The translations under genes were made by a program, and so were the position numbers. From Paecilomyces variotii (taxonomy: Eukaryota), in NCBI GenBank assembly GCA_004022145.1, contig RCNU01000001.1: a stretch of 64,000 nucleotides of DNA; one strand, given 5' to 3'. The notes beneath the pieces were generated by a model, which saw nothing but the letters and a program-made list of their open reading frames with translations, ran no database searches and had not been told where the DNA came from. Within the stretch, counting starts at the first letter, position 1; each line of letters opens with the position of its first letter. Of the stretch, positions 26,345 through 39,556 are shown piece after piece.

Positions 26345-27137
26345 TTTTTTTTTTCTTGTCTGATCAATTTCTGTGCTATGTAAATAGGGGGAGAGGGCAA
26401 GTCTGGACTTTTCGTACCGATTTTATGTGTTCATATTTGATTATAGTGCATCCAGGTGGTACATATGTGCAGGCTCCCCCGATACCCCATGGCCGGCAAG
26501 ACAGACCACGATAATCATCACGCAAGACATTTTTGATGCTTCATGCGTGTCGAAAGGTGCAACCACAATACGCGCTAGGACGCCGACCTCGCAGACCGGC
26601 TTGAAATACTGCAATACGAAAGAAGATAATAGAATGAGATGGAAACAGAGTGAATTAAAAGGCATAAGCCTCGCCGAACACCGGTCTCAAATCCCATCCA
26701 GCGAACACTCCTAACCCACCTGCCCAAGTAACCGCAAAAGATGGGTCACAAAATCGGCTCAACATCCACCAGCAAAAGCAGCAGACAAGAGCAAAAGGCA
26801 CAAATCATCTATGGGTATCTAATAACGCATCGTCCCGTCGTCCCTGCCATAATGAAAGTTCAGAGTAAACCCAGCCAGAAACTACCGCTCCCTATATATC
26901 CTTCACTCATGCCCTAAAGCGGCTATTCCGTTTGGGTTAATAAGTTCTGACCCAGCACTTCTAGCGCTGGGATATGAATAGGACGCAAAGAGGACGATTG
27001 AAGTGATCCGGAAACCTCAAGGGAGAGGCACGTGTACAAGGCCAGGTATCCATGAACCGAAGCCTTGATCGATCCTCCGGCACGGATTCCCTGCGCTGAG
27101 GGACCGGGACCGGGACCGGGACGGATGCGCCATACGA

Positions 27138-27946
27138 TTAGAACCCGTGCACCTTAGTTGGGGGTCAGTAACTGACTCTTGACATGGTGAGAGAGAGACC
27201 CGTCGACTGAGACGTACCTTGATGGTCTTGGCATCAAGTTCGAGACCTTCCTTCTTGTCGGTCAAGAATTCCTGGACGTCCTTACGCTGGTCTCCTTGCA
27301 ACTGAATCACCTCACCCATCTCGGTGTCATTGACAATGGTGCCATTGCAGGCTAATCCGGAATCAGCATCATGGTCATCCCTGCAGAGAGACAATGCCAC
27401 AACAAAGGCTGCAACAACATACCGAACTTCTTCTTGATGACCTTCAAGATCTTCTTCTGATCGAACTTCTTGGGGAGACCCTGGACAGTGGTCAAGGTCT
27501 TTCGACCATTGCGCTCTGCAAGTTACAACCACCATTAGCGTCTTTTGTCGCGCACCACCCGACGACAGCCAAGATCAGCAACAGTCAAGAGGACACGTAC
27601 GTTGGATTCGTATATGAATGTAATTTTGAGACTGTTTAGTCTCGCCGGTGTCTTCGTCAGCTTCGGCGAAGGGGTCTATTGTCGTGCTCGTTAGCCACCA
27701 AGCCACGTCTCAAGATTACCCCACCATCATCCACAAAGGGTAGCGCAACACGATAAGATTGAGCAGCCTGCAGTTTCATCGAAGAACAAGTTGACCAGCT
27801 GCCATCTACCGCGTTTTGACTCGTGTAGGCAGGAAGCGATCGAACTATCGGAGACAGAAAGTCCTCGTTCCCCATGGTGGATGGCCCGGTCGAGGGAGGG
27901 GTACAAAGTCACACTCACCGAAGGTCTTGAGGTTTTCGATGGACAT
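27138..27946 (-). CDS. SUI1: Translation initiation factor eIF1, 5 exons
   Basis: Spliced: MSIENLKTFDPFAEADEDTGETKQSQNYIHIRIQQRNGRKTLTTVQGLPKKFDQKKILKVIKKKFACNGTIVNDTEMGEVIQLQGDQRKDVQEFLTDKKEGLELDAKTIKVHGF*. Confidence 0.97.
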
Positions 27947-28870
27947 AAACTCGTCCTTTGCCCGAAATCGACTAAAAAGGGTTTGAGGGAATAAAGACTG
28001 GGGGATCGAGAGCGTTTGTCTCGTAAGGCTGCGATGAGAGCGTGTCGTTGAAGAACAGTTGTCTGATGATGGTGTCGGGAACCAAGAGAGTTGGGAAGAG
28101 AGAAAGTCGGGGGAGGGCTTTCTTAGCAGGTGGGCAGGTGGGCGGGCACAAGACCGGCGGGAGCCAGTCACAGACGAGAAGACTCTGCCGACGGAGGCGA
28201 ACGCCGCTCTGGGCCAATCAGACCCACGGATCAGGCGTTTTGGCTGAGTCATCACGGGTGGCCAAGGCCCTGACTGGTTGCCCGCAAGATCTCGTACTTT
28301 CTACACGTATCAGGCGGTATCAGTACTACGGTACATGGATCGAAAAGCCGGGGGCATGTGTATGTGGTATATCATGGAGGAATCCATTCTATCGTGCGAA
28401 TTTCTCTCTGTCCTGTGGGCGGGATCGAAAAGTCACATTCGAGTGCGAATGTCCCTATGATTGTTGAGATATAGTATCCGGTTTTGCGATGTCATTATTC
28501 CTATTATTCGACAAGACTTTCTAATAATCCTCTGATATGTGATTTTCAAACACAATTATGGTCTGCTTATTGCATACCCATCACATGCTCGGATGTAAGG
28601 ATCATACCAAGATGCACATCGGTCATGATTAGTCGTTGGTCAATGCAACCATCATCGTGATCCAGTACACCAGAAGTGAAGTTGATAATAGACACAGCCT
28701 ATTGGAACATATTGCTTCCGAAGCAGCAGGGTATCAACGCGTTCGTCCCTATGGTCGGCTGTATCTGGCTTCGACCCATATTGTACAATACAATCGCTAG
28801 TATTCACCTGGCTACTAACCAGCCTCCTTCAGATTATCCGGCGAGATATCGCTCTGTAACTGTAGATCAC

Positions 28871-29672
28871 CTATGCTGACGGGACGGGAATTGGAGTCGC
28901 AGCAGCGTTGCGAGGTGCGGCAGGAGGCAGGAACAGAGGGAAGTATGTCTGAGTAGCAGGTCAGAAAGGAATTAATTCGGAGTGCACAATAGAGCAGCCA
29001 TAGCTGGGAACGTACGACAACGAGGGCCATCACTAAAACAAGAAACAAAGGCAGGTCAGCTATGAACGTCCACGTATACTCAAACCAATCGACATAGCAA
29101 GATCGACTTACGCGACATGAAGACGGACATATAGGCTGGTGTACTCGCCGTCTTCCTCTGCTCGGGGGACTCGGCTAGCCAGGTCTGGAGAGAAAAGACA
29201 AGGGAAACCCTAACAATCTGGTTGGATTTCATTTCATCTTAGATAAAGGATAGCGAGAGTTCCAGCCTACCATCCGATCATCCTGCATGCATCACATCTT
29301 GTAAGAAACTCGATCGACCACTGGGTCCAGTAAGGGTTCTCACCTATTTCTAGTGAACATCTAGGGCGATATTAGCATACCAACCTGTAGAGCACTGGAG
29401 ATAAGAGGAACCCACCGCAGCCATAGGCATCGTGCTCGACATGGCACCTTTGCGCAGACAGTTAGTCATCACTCCACGTAGTTATAAGTTATGCTGTGGC
29501 CACCGCGACTGGTTCCGTACCCGACATATCGGCCTCGTTCTTGTCCTTGGGCGGATCAACATAGGGGATGACTAGAGGTAGAATGCTGTTAGAACCATAG
29601 CCATAAAATGCAGCAACTGTAGGTTTCGAGCTTACCCAGGTCCGGCCTCCGCATGTCCTTCTTCGAAGCCAT
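28871..29672 (-). CDS. Small membrane protein, Asterix/WDR83OS (UPF0139)-like, 8 exons; absent from the ORF track
   Basis: Manual splicing at GT-AG sites gives MASKKDMRRPDLVIPYVDPPKDKNEADMSGAMSSTMPMAAMFTRNRMIGWVSLVFSLQTWLAESPEQRKTASTPAYMSVFMSLMALVVTYFPLFLPP...*, resembling UPF0139. Confidence 0.75.
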
Positions 29673-30486
29673 CTTGGATTTAAATTGCACGGAAAGATTC
29701 TCCCAGAGTAGAAAAGAGTCGCTCTCTCAGTTGCGCGCGCGGTGTGCTGAATGGACAGGTAGCGCGCGAGCTTCTAGATCGAAAAGAGTCCGCTCGGCGG
29801 CCGCCAGTTCGGTACTGCTGCCGGGCCCACCCCCGGAAGAAGAGATCCTCCAAGTTCCAACAGACAACATGACAATAACGAATCGTACCAGGTCTGCAAG
29901 CGAGATATTGTACTCTCAGCCTATATCTATCATTTGATCTACTTGCGTGCTACGTGCTATAACGTTTTGTGATTCCTATTCATCACTTATCTCCAGAGAA
30001 TTGAGGGATGAGCCGCATCCTTGTCCTCACCAAAGCCGCTAGCCATGCATATACGATATGTACAGTACGGAGTACATAGAGTAGTTATGTCTCCAGAACG
30101 TTACACAAGAATGGCTTGCAGCGACGCAGGCAAGGGCAAAGTCGAGAGAGCATCAATAGTTCGGAAGTACCGGTCATCGAAATTATTGATATGGGGCAAT
30201 CCCATGTTCGGACCACGTAGCGAATTGAGGTGAGATATCTGGGGCAAGAAATAGATAGCATATCTCAGCATTCCAATTCGTCAGTTGCCAACCATCTCAG
30301 ATCACGGTCGCATATATGTCTATTACTGCGCAGTAGTTAGTTAAAAAGAGTTCATGCTTCAGTAATCCACCAGATCGCCCCAATGTCGGTGACTCGGTGA
30401 GTGGGAAGGGCGATGATAAGCAACATAATACGGGGGACAACTTCCGGATCACACAATGGTCAGGTTAATAATAATAATATAAGACG

Positions 30487-30506
30487 ACTAACTAACTAAC
30501 TAACTA
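30487..30506. repeat. (ACTA)n tetranucleotide microsatellite next to an (AAT)n run
   Basis: actaactaactaactaacta directly visible. Confidence 0.7.
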
Positions 30507-31081
30507 GCCAGTTAACTAACTACAATCTCCATCGCGGAAGTAGTGAGTGAGAAAGCGAGAGCGAGCCATAACTATCTGGCTGATACCTAGTTAGTCTGGT
30601 GTGGTGACTGCTCCACTGCAACCACGCCATCCGAGGCCCGTACCGTTACCGTACGGTCACTTACCCCATCGGTCGTGCTCATTCGGCTTTCATCAACTCC
30701 CGATTACTACTCATCTAATCCTAATCGACATCTTGCTGCCCTCTGCTGACCCTCTGGTCTGCTTCTTTCATCGTAACTAACTATCAACGGTCTTGACCCC
30801 TCTGTTGGGCTGCCATATTCGGAGGAAAGGGGACTACTCCAGGTACGGAATCCCGCTTGTCACGGCTGCTGCTATCCGTTTGCTGATTGAGCAGTCTCAT
30901 TGCGCTCAGGTCTTCCACCGATTCACGAGGGAAAGAGAAAACAGCGCATGAGGCCTCCCCGAGCTACGAGTACATATTCTAGATCTACGCTGCGCAGAAG
31001 TCGACGGTTGGACTATTCCCTCTTCCTATAACCTGCTCGATGCTTCATATTTGATATCCGGATCGACACCATGTGCCTGAG

Positions 31082-34000
31082 ATGATTCCTCATACTTCCG
31101 CTGGTGTTCAACCGTGGGCCCATCAGATTCGCACTCTAGGCAGTCATAACGCTGGGGGGCCGGATGGCGTAAATGCCGCAGATCGCGCCGTGTCTGCTGC
31201 TGAGAAGTTGCCAGGGGCCGTCTCCATGCCTCAGAACGACCAGACTGTTATCGACCTGACATCTGGCGAGTCGGCAGTGCAAGAGAATGAGCGTCCGACG
31301 AAAAGACAGAAACTAGATGTTGCCACTGGTCCCAACGTCAGAAGCGCAGAGGGCAAAGGTGTGTCTAGCCCAGCGGCCTGGAGAAGTGCCCCTCTCGCAC
31401 ACCGCGCTCGTCCAGCATGGTCGTTTCAGGAGCTGGTGTCGGAGACATATGCAGGGAACCCAGCGACCGGTAATGATGCTCGGAATTCTTCCTCCCCTCT
31501 TCCCTTTCCAGTTCGACCATGGAAGTATACGCCTCTGCGCCAGGGCAGCAATACCGGGGGTTCGAGGGAGGCCTCGCCCGAGAGACAAGTTCAGACAACA
31601 CCGTATCACCTCGAGACACCCTCGGTTGCCCCAGTACTCAAAGGAGAAAGTGCGTTATTTCCGTACACTTGTTCGTGATACATGAGGTTGATACTGACTA
31701 ATGCGATACAGAAGTTGCCGATTTCTCCCCGTGGACCGGGAATCACCCGGAAGACGTGCTAAATGAGCAAGCCGCCAAGCAAGGACATTACGACCGTACA
31801 CAGGTTTCTCAGAATGAGTCCAATACTGCGAGACCGTCACTGTACGCGCAGCTTCGACACCGCTCCGGTCTACAGGTGCTGTCGTCCGTTTTCGCAGCTG
31901 CTCTTGAAAAGCGACAGACGAGCAGCAAACTTTCTGCAGCATCGACGTTCAAACCGCCTCCCCGAGTAACACTCACTGATAACAAACGGGAGGCTTGGCT
32001 GCGCGATCTCGCCAATCCCAATGTTCCGCTACGCAGGCTCAGCCGGACCATACCGCATGGCGTGAGAGGAAAGCTGCTTCTGGATCAGTGCCTCAGCAAG
32101 TCAATCCCCATTGGAAGAGCTGTATGGCTGGCTAAGTGCGTCGGGGCAAACGAAATCCGTGCCTTCAAGCGCAAGGGCACAAGCGGTACGCTAGCTCTGG
32201 GGCTCGAGGTTAAATGGATCAGAGATTGGACAATGAACGTCCATCTGTTCATCGAAGGAGTCATTTCCGGTTGCCGGGAGCCGGAGTGGAAAGCGAAGAT
32301 AGCATATGCGTAAGTATCCATGATATGCCGGCGATTTAACCAGACTTACTGAAGGATTGCAGTGTGAGACTCACGGCTCGCTTGTATTTCGAACACCTAC
32401 TCGACCAAGACCAGCATCTCGACTGGTTCCTGTCTTCCTTAGAGATGGCATCACTTGATCGCCTTCCGATATGGCTTATGGTCCTTGGCGTGTATTGGGG
32501 TAGTATTGTGCCATTCAGACGCCGCGGAAGAAAGCTTATGGAGATTCTACTGGAAAAACTTCGACATGTATGTGATTTCCATTTCCGCTACGCAGTCTTC
32601 TTTCATCAACTTATGGAATTATCTAGATCTCTCAAACAGGGCAGGAAATACTTCTGGAACCAATGTCTCATCGATTGTCGCATCTTATCAGGAAGCTGGT
32701 CTATGAGCAAAGCTCCTCCGCGGTTATTCCTAGATCATGGGACAAATACAGAAACATCCTGTCCTCCTGTCTGGCAACTAATTCCGGAGACGAGGCCGTA
32801 TTTCAGGCTCTGGTCGATCGTAATTCTTACCTGCAATGTTGCAAGGGTCCGGGCAATGTCTCTCAACGCTCCCCTCTACGCCAAATAATTACATCTCTTG
32901 ATTCTGCTTGCTCCACTTATGATATAAACACCGCTTCTGAGGCGTGCTTAAGTGTCATCGACGACAAGGAAGCTTTAATCGCTAGGGTTCTCGAATGGTG
33001 TTCCACCTCCTTCCGTCAGGGTCTTGTTAGGGTGTATATTGCCATACGCTTGCTGCGGAAGTGGAGACGATCAGGAGTGGATACGGATCATCACATCTTC
33101 TCCTTCCTCTCAAACGCCAAGGGTAAAGTCGGGTTGCATATGGACAATGTGTACCATGTCGTTTCTGAGCTTGTCAGGTCGCAGACGTTCTCTGTTGGCA
33201 GATATCTGCAATGGCTCATCGCCAAAGGCATCGTCGACTCTCACCAGGAGAATGAGCACAAGGTGAGTACCGCATCTACATGGAGAATGGTACAATGCTC
33301 AAACAATGAACAGGAGGTGTGTCTCTATATCGAACTGCTCCGTCACATCCCTGTGGGGCGTCTTCCGGAACACGTTTGCAGCCTTCGTAACACGCTTATG
33401 CTCCGTGCTGGCTTCCCACCTTCTGAAGAAGGCTCTATCATCGACGCGCTCAGATCACTTATCAGGCGGCTGCTTCCGGAGATTTTTGGGTCAGATACCA
33501 GGACCAATACTGACTCCACTGACAACAAAATGTTGTTCAATCAGACACACGCTGTGAGGTCTGAAATTGGCCAGTGGATACGATCCGGTGTGTCAAGGCG
33601 TTCTAGAAATACTACAGCAAGGTAAGATCCTATACTTTCCGTCCGTCTTTGATCCAGAGCTGAGAAGTTCAAGGGGGTACCACGGGCATCGTTCATCCCA
33701 CCCCGACGAGGTGACATTCCTAACTCCAGATGAATTCTATACTATTCGGGGCATCATGGAAATCTTCGGGGACCTCTCGATATTAGCCGACATACTGAAC
33801 GACGCTGCCAACTCGGATAATATCATCGTTCTGGCTTCGGTTGTGGACACTCTCAACTATCATTTTGACTCTTTTACTGTCATCGGCGCCATGATGGATC
33901 TTTGGAGAGCGTCTGTTGATGCTTGGTCTCGTGTAAAAAGTGCTGGTCTGTCTACACGAGAATTGGTCTATTCTCTTGTGGAACTGGGACTCCGCCTTCC

Positions 34001-36250
34001 TACTGAAGCTAGTACGGTGGCTATTCTCCGTCATGAGCTATTCCGGCTAGATTGCAGATCAACACTAGCTGCGTCGTCGCCGGTATCTGATCACATGGTA
34101 GATACGATAAGCTCTGAGAAGTGGACATCCAACGAGGACTTGGATCAACTTCTGTCATCTGCGACAGGCATGGAAGAATCCATGCTAGCTACAATTTTCG
34201 GAAATCTCTGCAGGCGTCTAGAATTCATTGGATCTGCAGACGGGCATCTGCCCTTGGACGACACATGCCGCCACTTAGTGCAGCTGAGATCTTTTAATTC
34301 CAAACTCTTCGATACTTTGTTGATCAGATGGATTGGACAAGTCCTCAAATCCACGCCTCGGCCAAGACTCTCAAAGGTCCTGGTCCCATTGGTCGGGGTC
34401 GGGTGCGTGAGCTTAAAGGGCTTCTTTGCTCTGGCAAGAAAAATGCTGCAGCTTGAATCCAGTGCTGCCATTCCAGACGCTGTCGAGCTGCGGCTGGAGC
34501 TTCTTGAACTTCTTTGTCCATTGTCTCCCACGCAGCGAGATACATTGAACTTGGTAAGGCTTTTTTTTCAATTAGTTTGCAGGACGAATTCTGATTCTGG
34601 CCAGGTCGCTTATCGCTTTGCAATAGCTCAACAAGAGTTCCTCACCAAAAACGCTGATGAGATACTTGATTTGATCCGGGACACTGGAGACAGTTTTGTC
34701 GCGTACGCTAACTCGGACAGCATGAAAGGCACTCTGCTGTCATTCCATGCTTGTTCAATACCTCTGCTCTGCCACTTGCTTGTTCGCAATCCTCAATCTG
34801 TAGTCGAGCGCTGCGTTCAAAAGCTCCGTGGCGAGAGTCGGTCTACCACGAATGCTGTACAAAAGGCTTTGAATCTGCTCCTTGGGTTTAACGACAAGTC
34901 AGGTGCGTTTCTCTTTATTCATCACATATGTATTTATTCTGACTTCAGTCGAGGCATAGATTCAGCCCTTATCGAGGCAGAGGACGCCTTAAAAGCAGCA
35001 AACGACTTCTCGCTGCCGTTCTGTCAGATGAAACTTCAGCTTTTGTTCAACGCAGAATCGGGAGAAGGAATGAAAAATGGCATCATAGATGTCATTTTCA
35101 GGGCAGCAGTGGCAGACATCCAGGCAAGAAGATCAAACTGGGTTGACTTGGTAGTAACAATGAGTATAGAGGCGGTACAGCAGGTATGAATATGCCTCCA
35201 GAATTGGCGTAACCCTTAAACTAAATTGTCACCTAGATTCGACAACGAGCTGAAAGAGGCTTTTTCTCGGTTGCATTATCTGATTGCTCTGTCGGCGAGC
35301 CTCAGGTTGACGAGCACAGCGCACAAGACATCGCAAGGGTGTATCTCACCATTGTCGAAGAACTCGCATACAGTATTCCAGACACTGGCGTTCCTTCTAT
35401 TGCCCCGTTGCTTACTGAAAAGACGAGTATCTTGCTGAATAAGATCGTTGCTCTGCAGAACAGTGTAAGGAATCTCTCTCGAAATGAGGGCGCTCTGGAA
35501 ACCGACCAAATAGAACCAACGCTTTCTACTTTCGGAAGGCACAGTGCTTTCTGGATCACTGCTCTCCTAAGGATGACTATCATCCATTGTTCCGCATTTA
35601 CGGGCTCTTCTGCAGCAGGCAAGCCTAGTATCCTGGACCAGACTCGCTTGCTGATCGCCATCTGTATTATTGCTACATCGCAGCCCCCTTCAGGTCCAGT
35701 TTCCGAGTCTCAGGCCGCGGCCTGCCTTCCCGGACAGCAACGAGGGCAGTCTCTCAAAGGTCTACAGGCCTATGCTTTCGATGTTGCTGCTTGTCTTGTG
35801 GATGTCCTTCCTGAAGATGTTCGTCAACACTGTGCTCGCTTTCTGAAGGAACGATGTCCATCATCTCTCCACGTGCGGAATAACCCCCGTCTACTCTACC
35901 TCCTTGGCCCTGTAGCGGATCTCGGGACGTTTACTCAATCCCAAGCTGCAGCTGGATCGCCACCCGCTACGTCTGGCCCTGCATCTACGCCATCGTCGTC
36001 GTCGAATCTAGGCACCGGAACACCCGCAGGCCTGCAGTCTAGTTCGCCAGCTATGGCCTTTGCCGGGCCATTTGAAGACCCAAGCCACCCTGCAAATCGT
36101 CTTCGGATTCAGAATCGTGGGCGCGTGGTCGGGGCTTATCCTTTCAGGCCGTGGGAGATGCTGGAAGGAGCCGCACCTGTCTTGGGCGTAAATGACACTG
36201 CCGTGGCTCTTGGTTTCTTCAGCGCCAGAAAGACGACTGAGCTTCAGTAA
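31082..36250 (+). CDS. SRB8: Mediator kinase-module subunit Med12/Srb8, multi-exon
   Basis: DFSPWTGNHPEDVL, FKPPPRVTLTDNKREAWLRDLANPNVPLRRLSRTIPHG, IPIGRAVWLAKCVGANE (Med12 domain); C-terminal RPWEMLE. Confidence 0.93.
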
Positions 36251-37079
36251 GCAGGAAAATTCCAGGTTTCTATATATCCTATACTGTCATTAACTTGCCT
36301 CCTTTTCCCCTCATTCCCTCTTTTCAAAGGCCAGGGGACTGTTCTTCGTCAAAAAGAGAACGATACGAACCGCTTTCCCTCCTCTCCACGTCATTTCTAT
36401 ATCCTATCGCAAGATATATATATCGCAAGTTTACCACGTATATCACCCCTTCTTCCTTGGCGTGCTGTCATGATTATGAATAAATCCCACCTGCATCTTG
36501 TTTACATTGTAGTGCCATTTGCACATACATCTATGTTTTGACTATTGGGGGAGGAGGTCTTTTCTGTATGTTCAGTCATGATTGCATCAGGCATAGGTTG
36601 GTTCATTGGCGTAACGGTCATAGTGACTCGATTAGCATATAAATACATGTGGCTCTGAGTTATTGAAGCCAGTGGGAATCAACCAGTGCGGACTACTCTT
36701 ATGAACTCATAGATTCCCATTCTGTGTCATCAAAGTGCTACCATCCTGAGTTCAGGACCACATTGTTGCAAACCTTACAGATATAAATTGACTAATAACA
36801 ATCAATCGGCCATTAAAACCAGTACAACCAATAACAACGGACAGAAAACCCAAATAACACCAAGTAGGATCAATCCCTGACTATCATGGTCACACGCTAG
36901 AACTATCTAACCAAGTTGCGTATAATGGAGTAAACCCAAAGACGCATTATGGATAACTGTATGACAATGAGCCACTGCTACTCACTTGACAGATCAAAAT
37001 ACCGATCAATACTGCAGTTAAGGATAAGGTTTCTAGAGGAGGACGACCTAGGCAAGATACCATCATGTGTCCATTCCAT

Positions 37080-38815
37080 TCACATTCTCTTCTTTGATTT
37101 GGCTGCTTTCTTTTCGTCTCGCTGGTGTTCCTTGGCCCGTTGTTCTTCTTCGAGATCTCTGATAACCTCTTCGACGTCTTCGACGGATAGATCAATATTC
37201 CTCTCCAGCATTTCTTGGTAAACCCAAGGTCGAATTTTAGGAATAATGGTGGACCCGATATTGAGTGATTGTTTGAACTCATGAAGGATAGATTGTTCAT
37301 TGCCTTGTCCAGTATTACCCTCCGTGTCCCGGGCAGGAGATGGACTTGTCTTATTGGATCCTCCATATCCATCCACAAGAGTGGTTTCTGTGGTCCTGGA
37401 ACCTGACCTAGATCGAGATTCTGGAGTTGCGATTGAACTTGAGTGGGAGTCTTGCTCGCCATCTTCATGTGTAGTGGTCGTTTTACGGTTCTGCACAGCA
37501 GGCCCCGCTTTTTTGGCAGCCTGCCCAGCTTCCTGTGTGGCTTCTTCCCCATTTTTAATGGTAGACTGACTTTCTGTGTCTGTGTTGGTGGTTTCTGTGC
37601 CACATTGGACCGCTGAGGCGCTCTCCGTCTCTGCGTGAGCGACAACTCCATCTTTGGCTGATGATGGGGCCACTGTATACTTCGATCTAGACCGTGGTCC
37701 AGACTCATGGGTGGCATTTGAGCTCACTTGAGATGCGTGTGGCAGCATTAGGTGTGCAAGCGGTGGATGTAGTAACGGTGGGCAAGGAGGTAAAAAGAGT
37801 GTCGGAGGCGCCCAGGCAAGCAGTGGGCTTCCGTCTATGGGAAGTAATTGCATAAAATACTTGAAAGAATGTTCGAGAACCTATTCAAAGGCGGTATTTA
37901 GTCATTTAAAAGTGTTCAAAGAGAATTACGATTGAGGACTCACCTTTATGGCATCAATACAATCATCAATATAAGCGAATGTGACCGTGGCAACTTGAGT
38001 AGGATAGTACCCGTGAAATAATACCGGTTGGATGCAGAATGCTTCGAGAGGTCCTCGATCATAGAGGGCTTCATAGACATCAGCTTCGGTCATGGGGAAG
38101 CCGTTACGATGACCCAAGGACGCCGTTCCTAGGAAAGTGCTATCAGCCACATATTGACTCAGGTTTCTTTTAATTGAATGCCCATTCCGAGAAAGAGCAT
38201 CGCAGGAAATCAAGGGAAGCTTGCTTACTTCTCGCTTTGGCCCTCTCGATCCTCAATACACGCCCGTGAAGCACAGGGGCGTTATTATATTGCAGAGCAG
38301 CTTCAGCATCCTGTGTTCTCTTTTGTGCGGGGAAAAAGGCCCAAGTCAGACTGGGGATCTTCAAGCAGGGAGACTGGAGTGAGATAGTCACCCATACCTC
38401 GAATTGCAGGAATGCCGTTGGCAACTGATTCTTTTTATCATATTTGATCTTAACATGGCAGTTACCAAACATCGCAAACCTGGCTTCCAGATCTCTGGCA
38501 AGTTGGTGCCTGGAAACTTGAGTTGAGAGGCTAGAAAACCAGAATCATTTAGTAAGAGATGTCATGGGATGGATACAATTATACCATATAGATGGAGATG
38601 AGAGGTACAGAGATGGTGTATACTTACTTGCCGATGAATAGGCACGCACTTGGTGGAAAGAGACCTTGCGCATTCATCGCACATGGTCTCTCGTGGACTC
38701 TGTCAACACGTCGAGGATAGATGACGCGGCTTTCCACAGGAGGATAGATAGGAGGAGGCGGACCCTCAAACACTGTCATTTCTGAGTAAACAGGTGCGGG
38801 TTGAGTTTCGAACAT
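37080..38815 (-). CDS. Divergent two-RRM RNA-binding protein, Rim4-like, about 5 exons; start uncertain
   Basis: NAQGLFPPSACLFIG, ARFAMFGNCHVKI, LPTAFLQFE, LHGRVLRIERAKAR and second RRM GPLEAF...TFAYIDDCIDAIK resemble the Pezizomycotina Rim4-like RRM family. Disordered C-terminus. Confidence 0.65.
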
Positions 38816-39556
38816 TGCTTCGTTGTAGACTGATGTTCCAATGAATGCTTCAGATGGTATTAGTATGTAAGGCAATTGAGAATGGATCTAAATGTGCAGA
38901 ATGATGCGCTATATGCACAATATAGATACTATACAGAGTGTTAGTAGAAGGAATAGTGTAGTTGCCATCAAGGGAGAAGATAGAAGTGTTAATATAGAGG
39001 CTAATAGGCACCAGAGGCAAGGCTTTCGGTAGGCAAAACCAAACAACCATCCCATAGTCTGGTACCATAGATAAACTATGCCTATCCGGATGATGACTTA
39101 CCTTATACTATTATAACTATTACTTGATTAGCAACCCACGAAACCCGATTCTTACTGTATGTTACATTAAAACGTTCTAGGCATAGTATATCCATGTTAG
39201 TCGACGTCTACCGAACATGATTCATGGTTCCAATGACATTAGTAACATGTTAGGCTACAATTCTCCCCAGCCCTCCATTCGCCAAGATGGAATGCGAACA
39301 GAACTAGGTATAGAAATATGATAAGGCTATTATTCATAGTACCGAATGTACACATGCAAAGGAAATGTTTTTCGGTCAAAATTGTCTTGAATAATTAATA
39401 TGTATCAAAAGCAGTTTTAGCAATATATTCTATTTGAGGAGGCAAGACTGGAGAGTTCGCCTTTTGGGTCGAGTTTCTACTAAGTTATAACACAATATAG
39501 CAACTAAAGCTCAAGAATAAAACAAAGTTTTCTGGCTCTATATATATAAATTTTGT

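Noticed and set aside
27099-27123. (GGGACC)n hexamer run in the SUI1 3'UTR
   Set aside because: Short simple repeat; possible G-rich structure but nothing supports a function.
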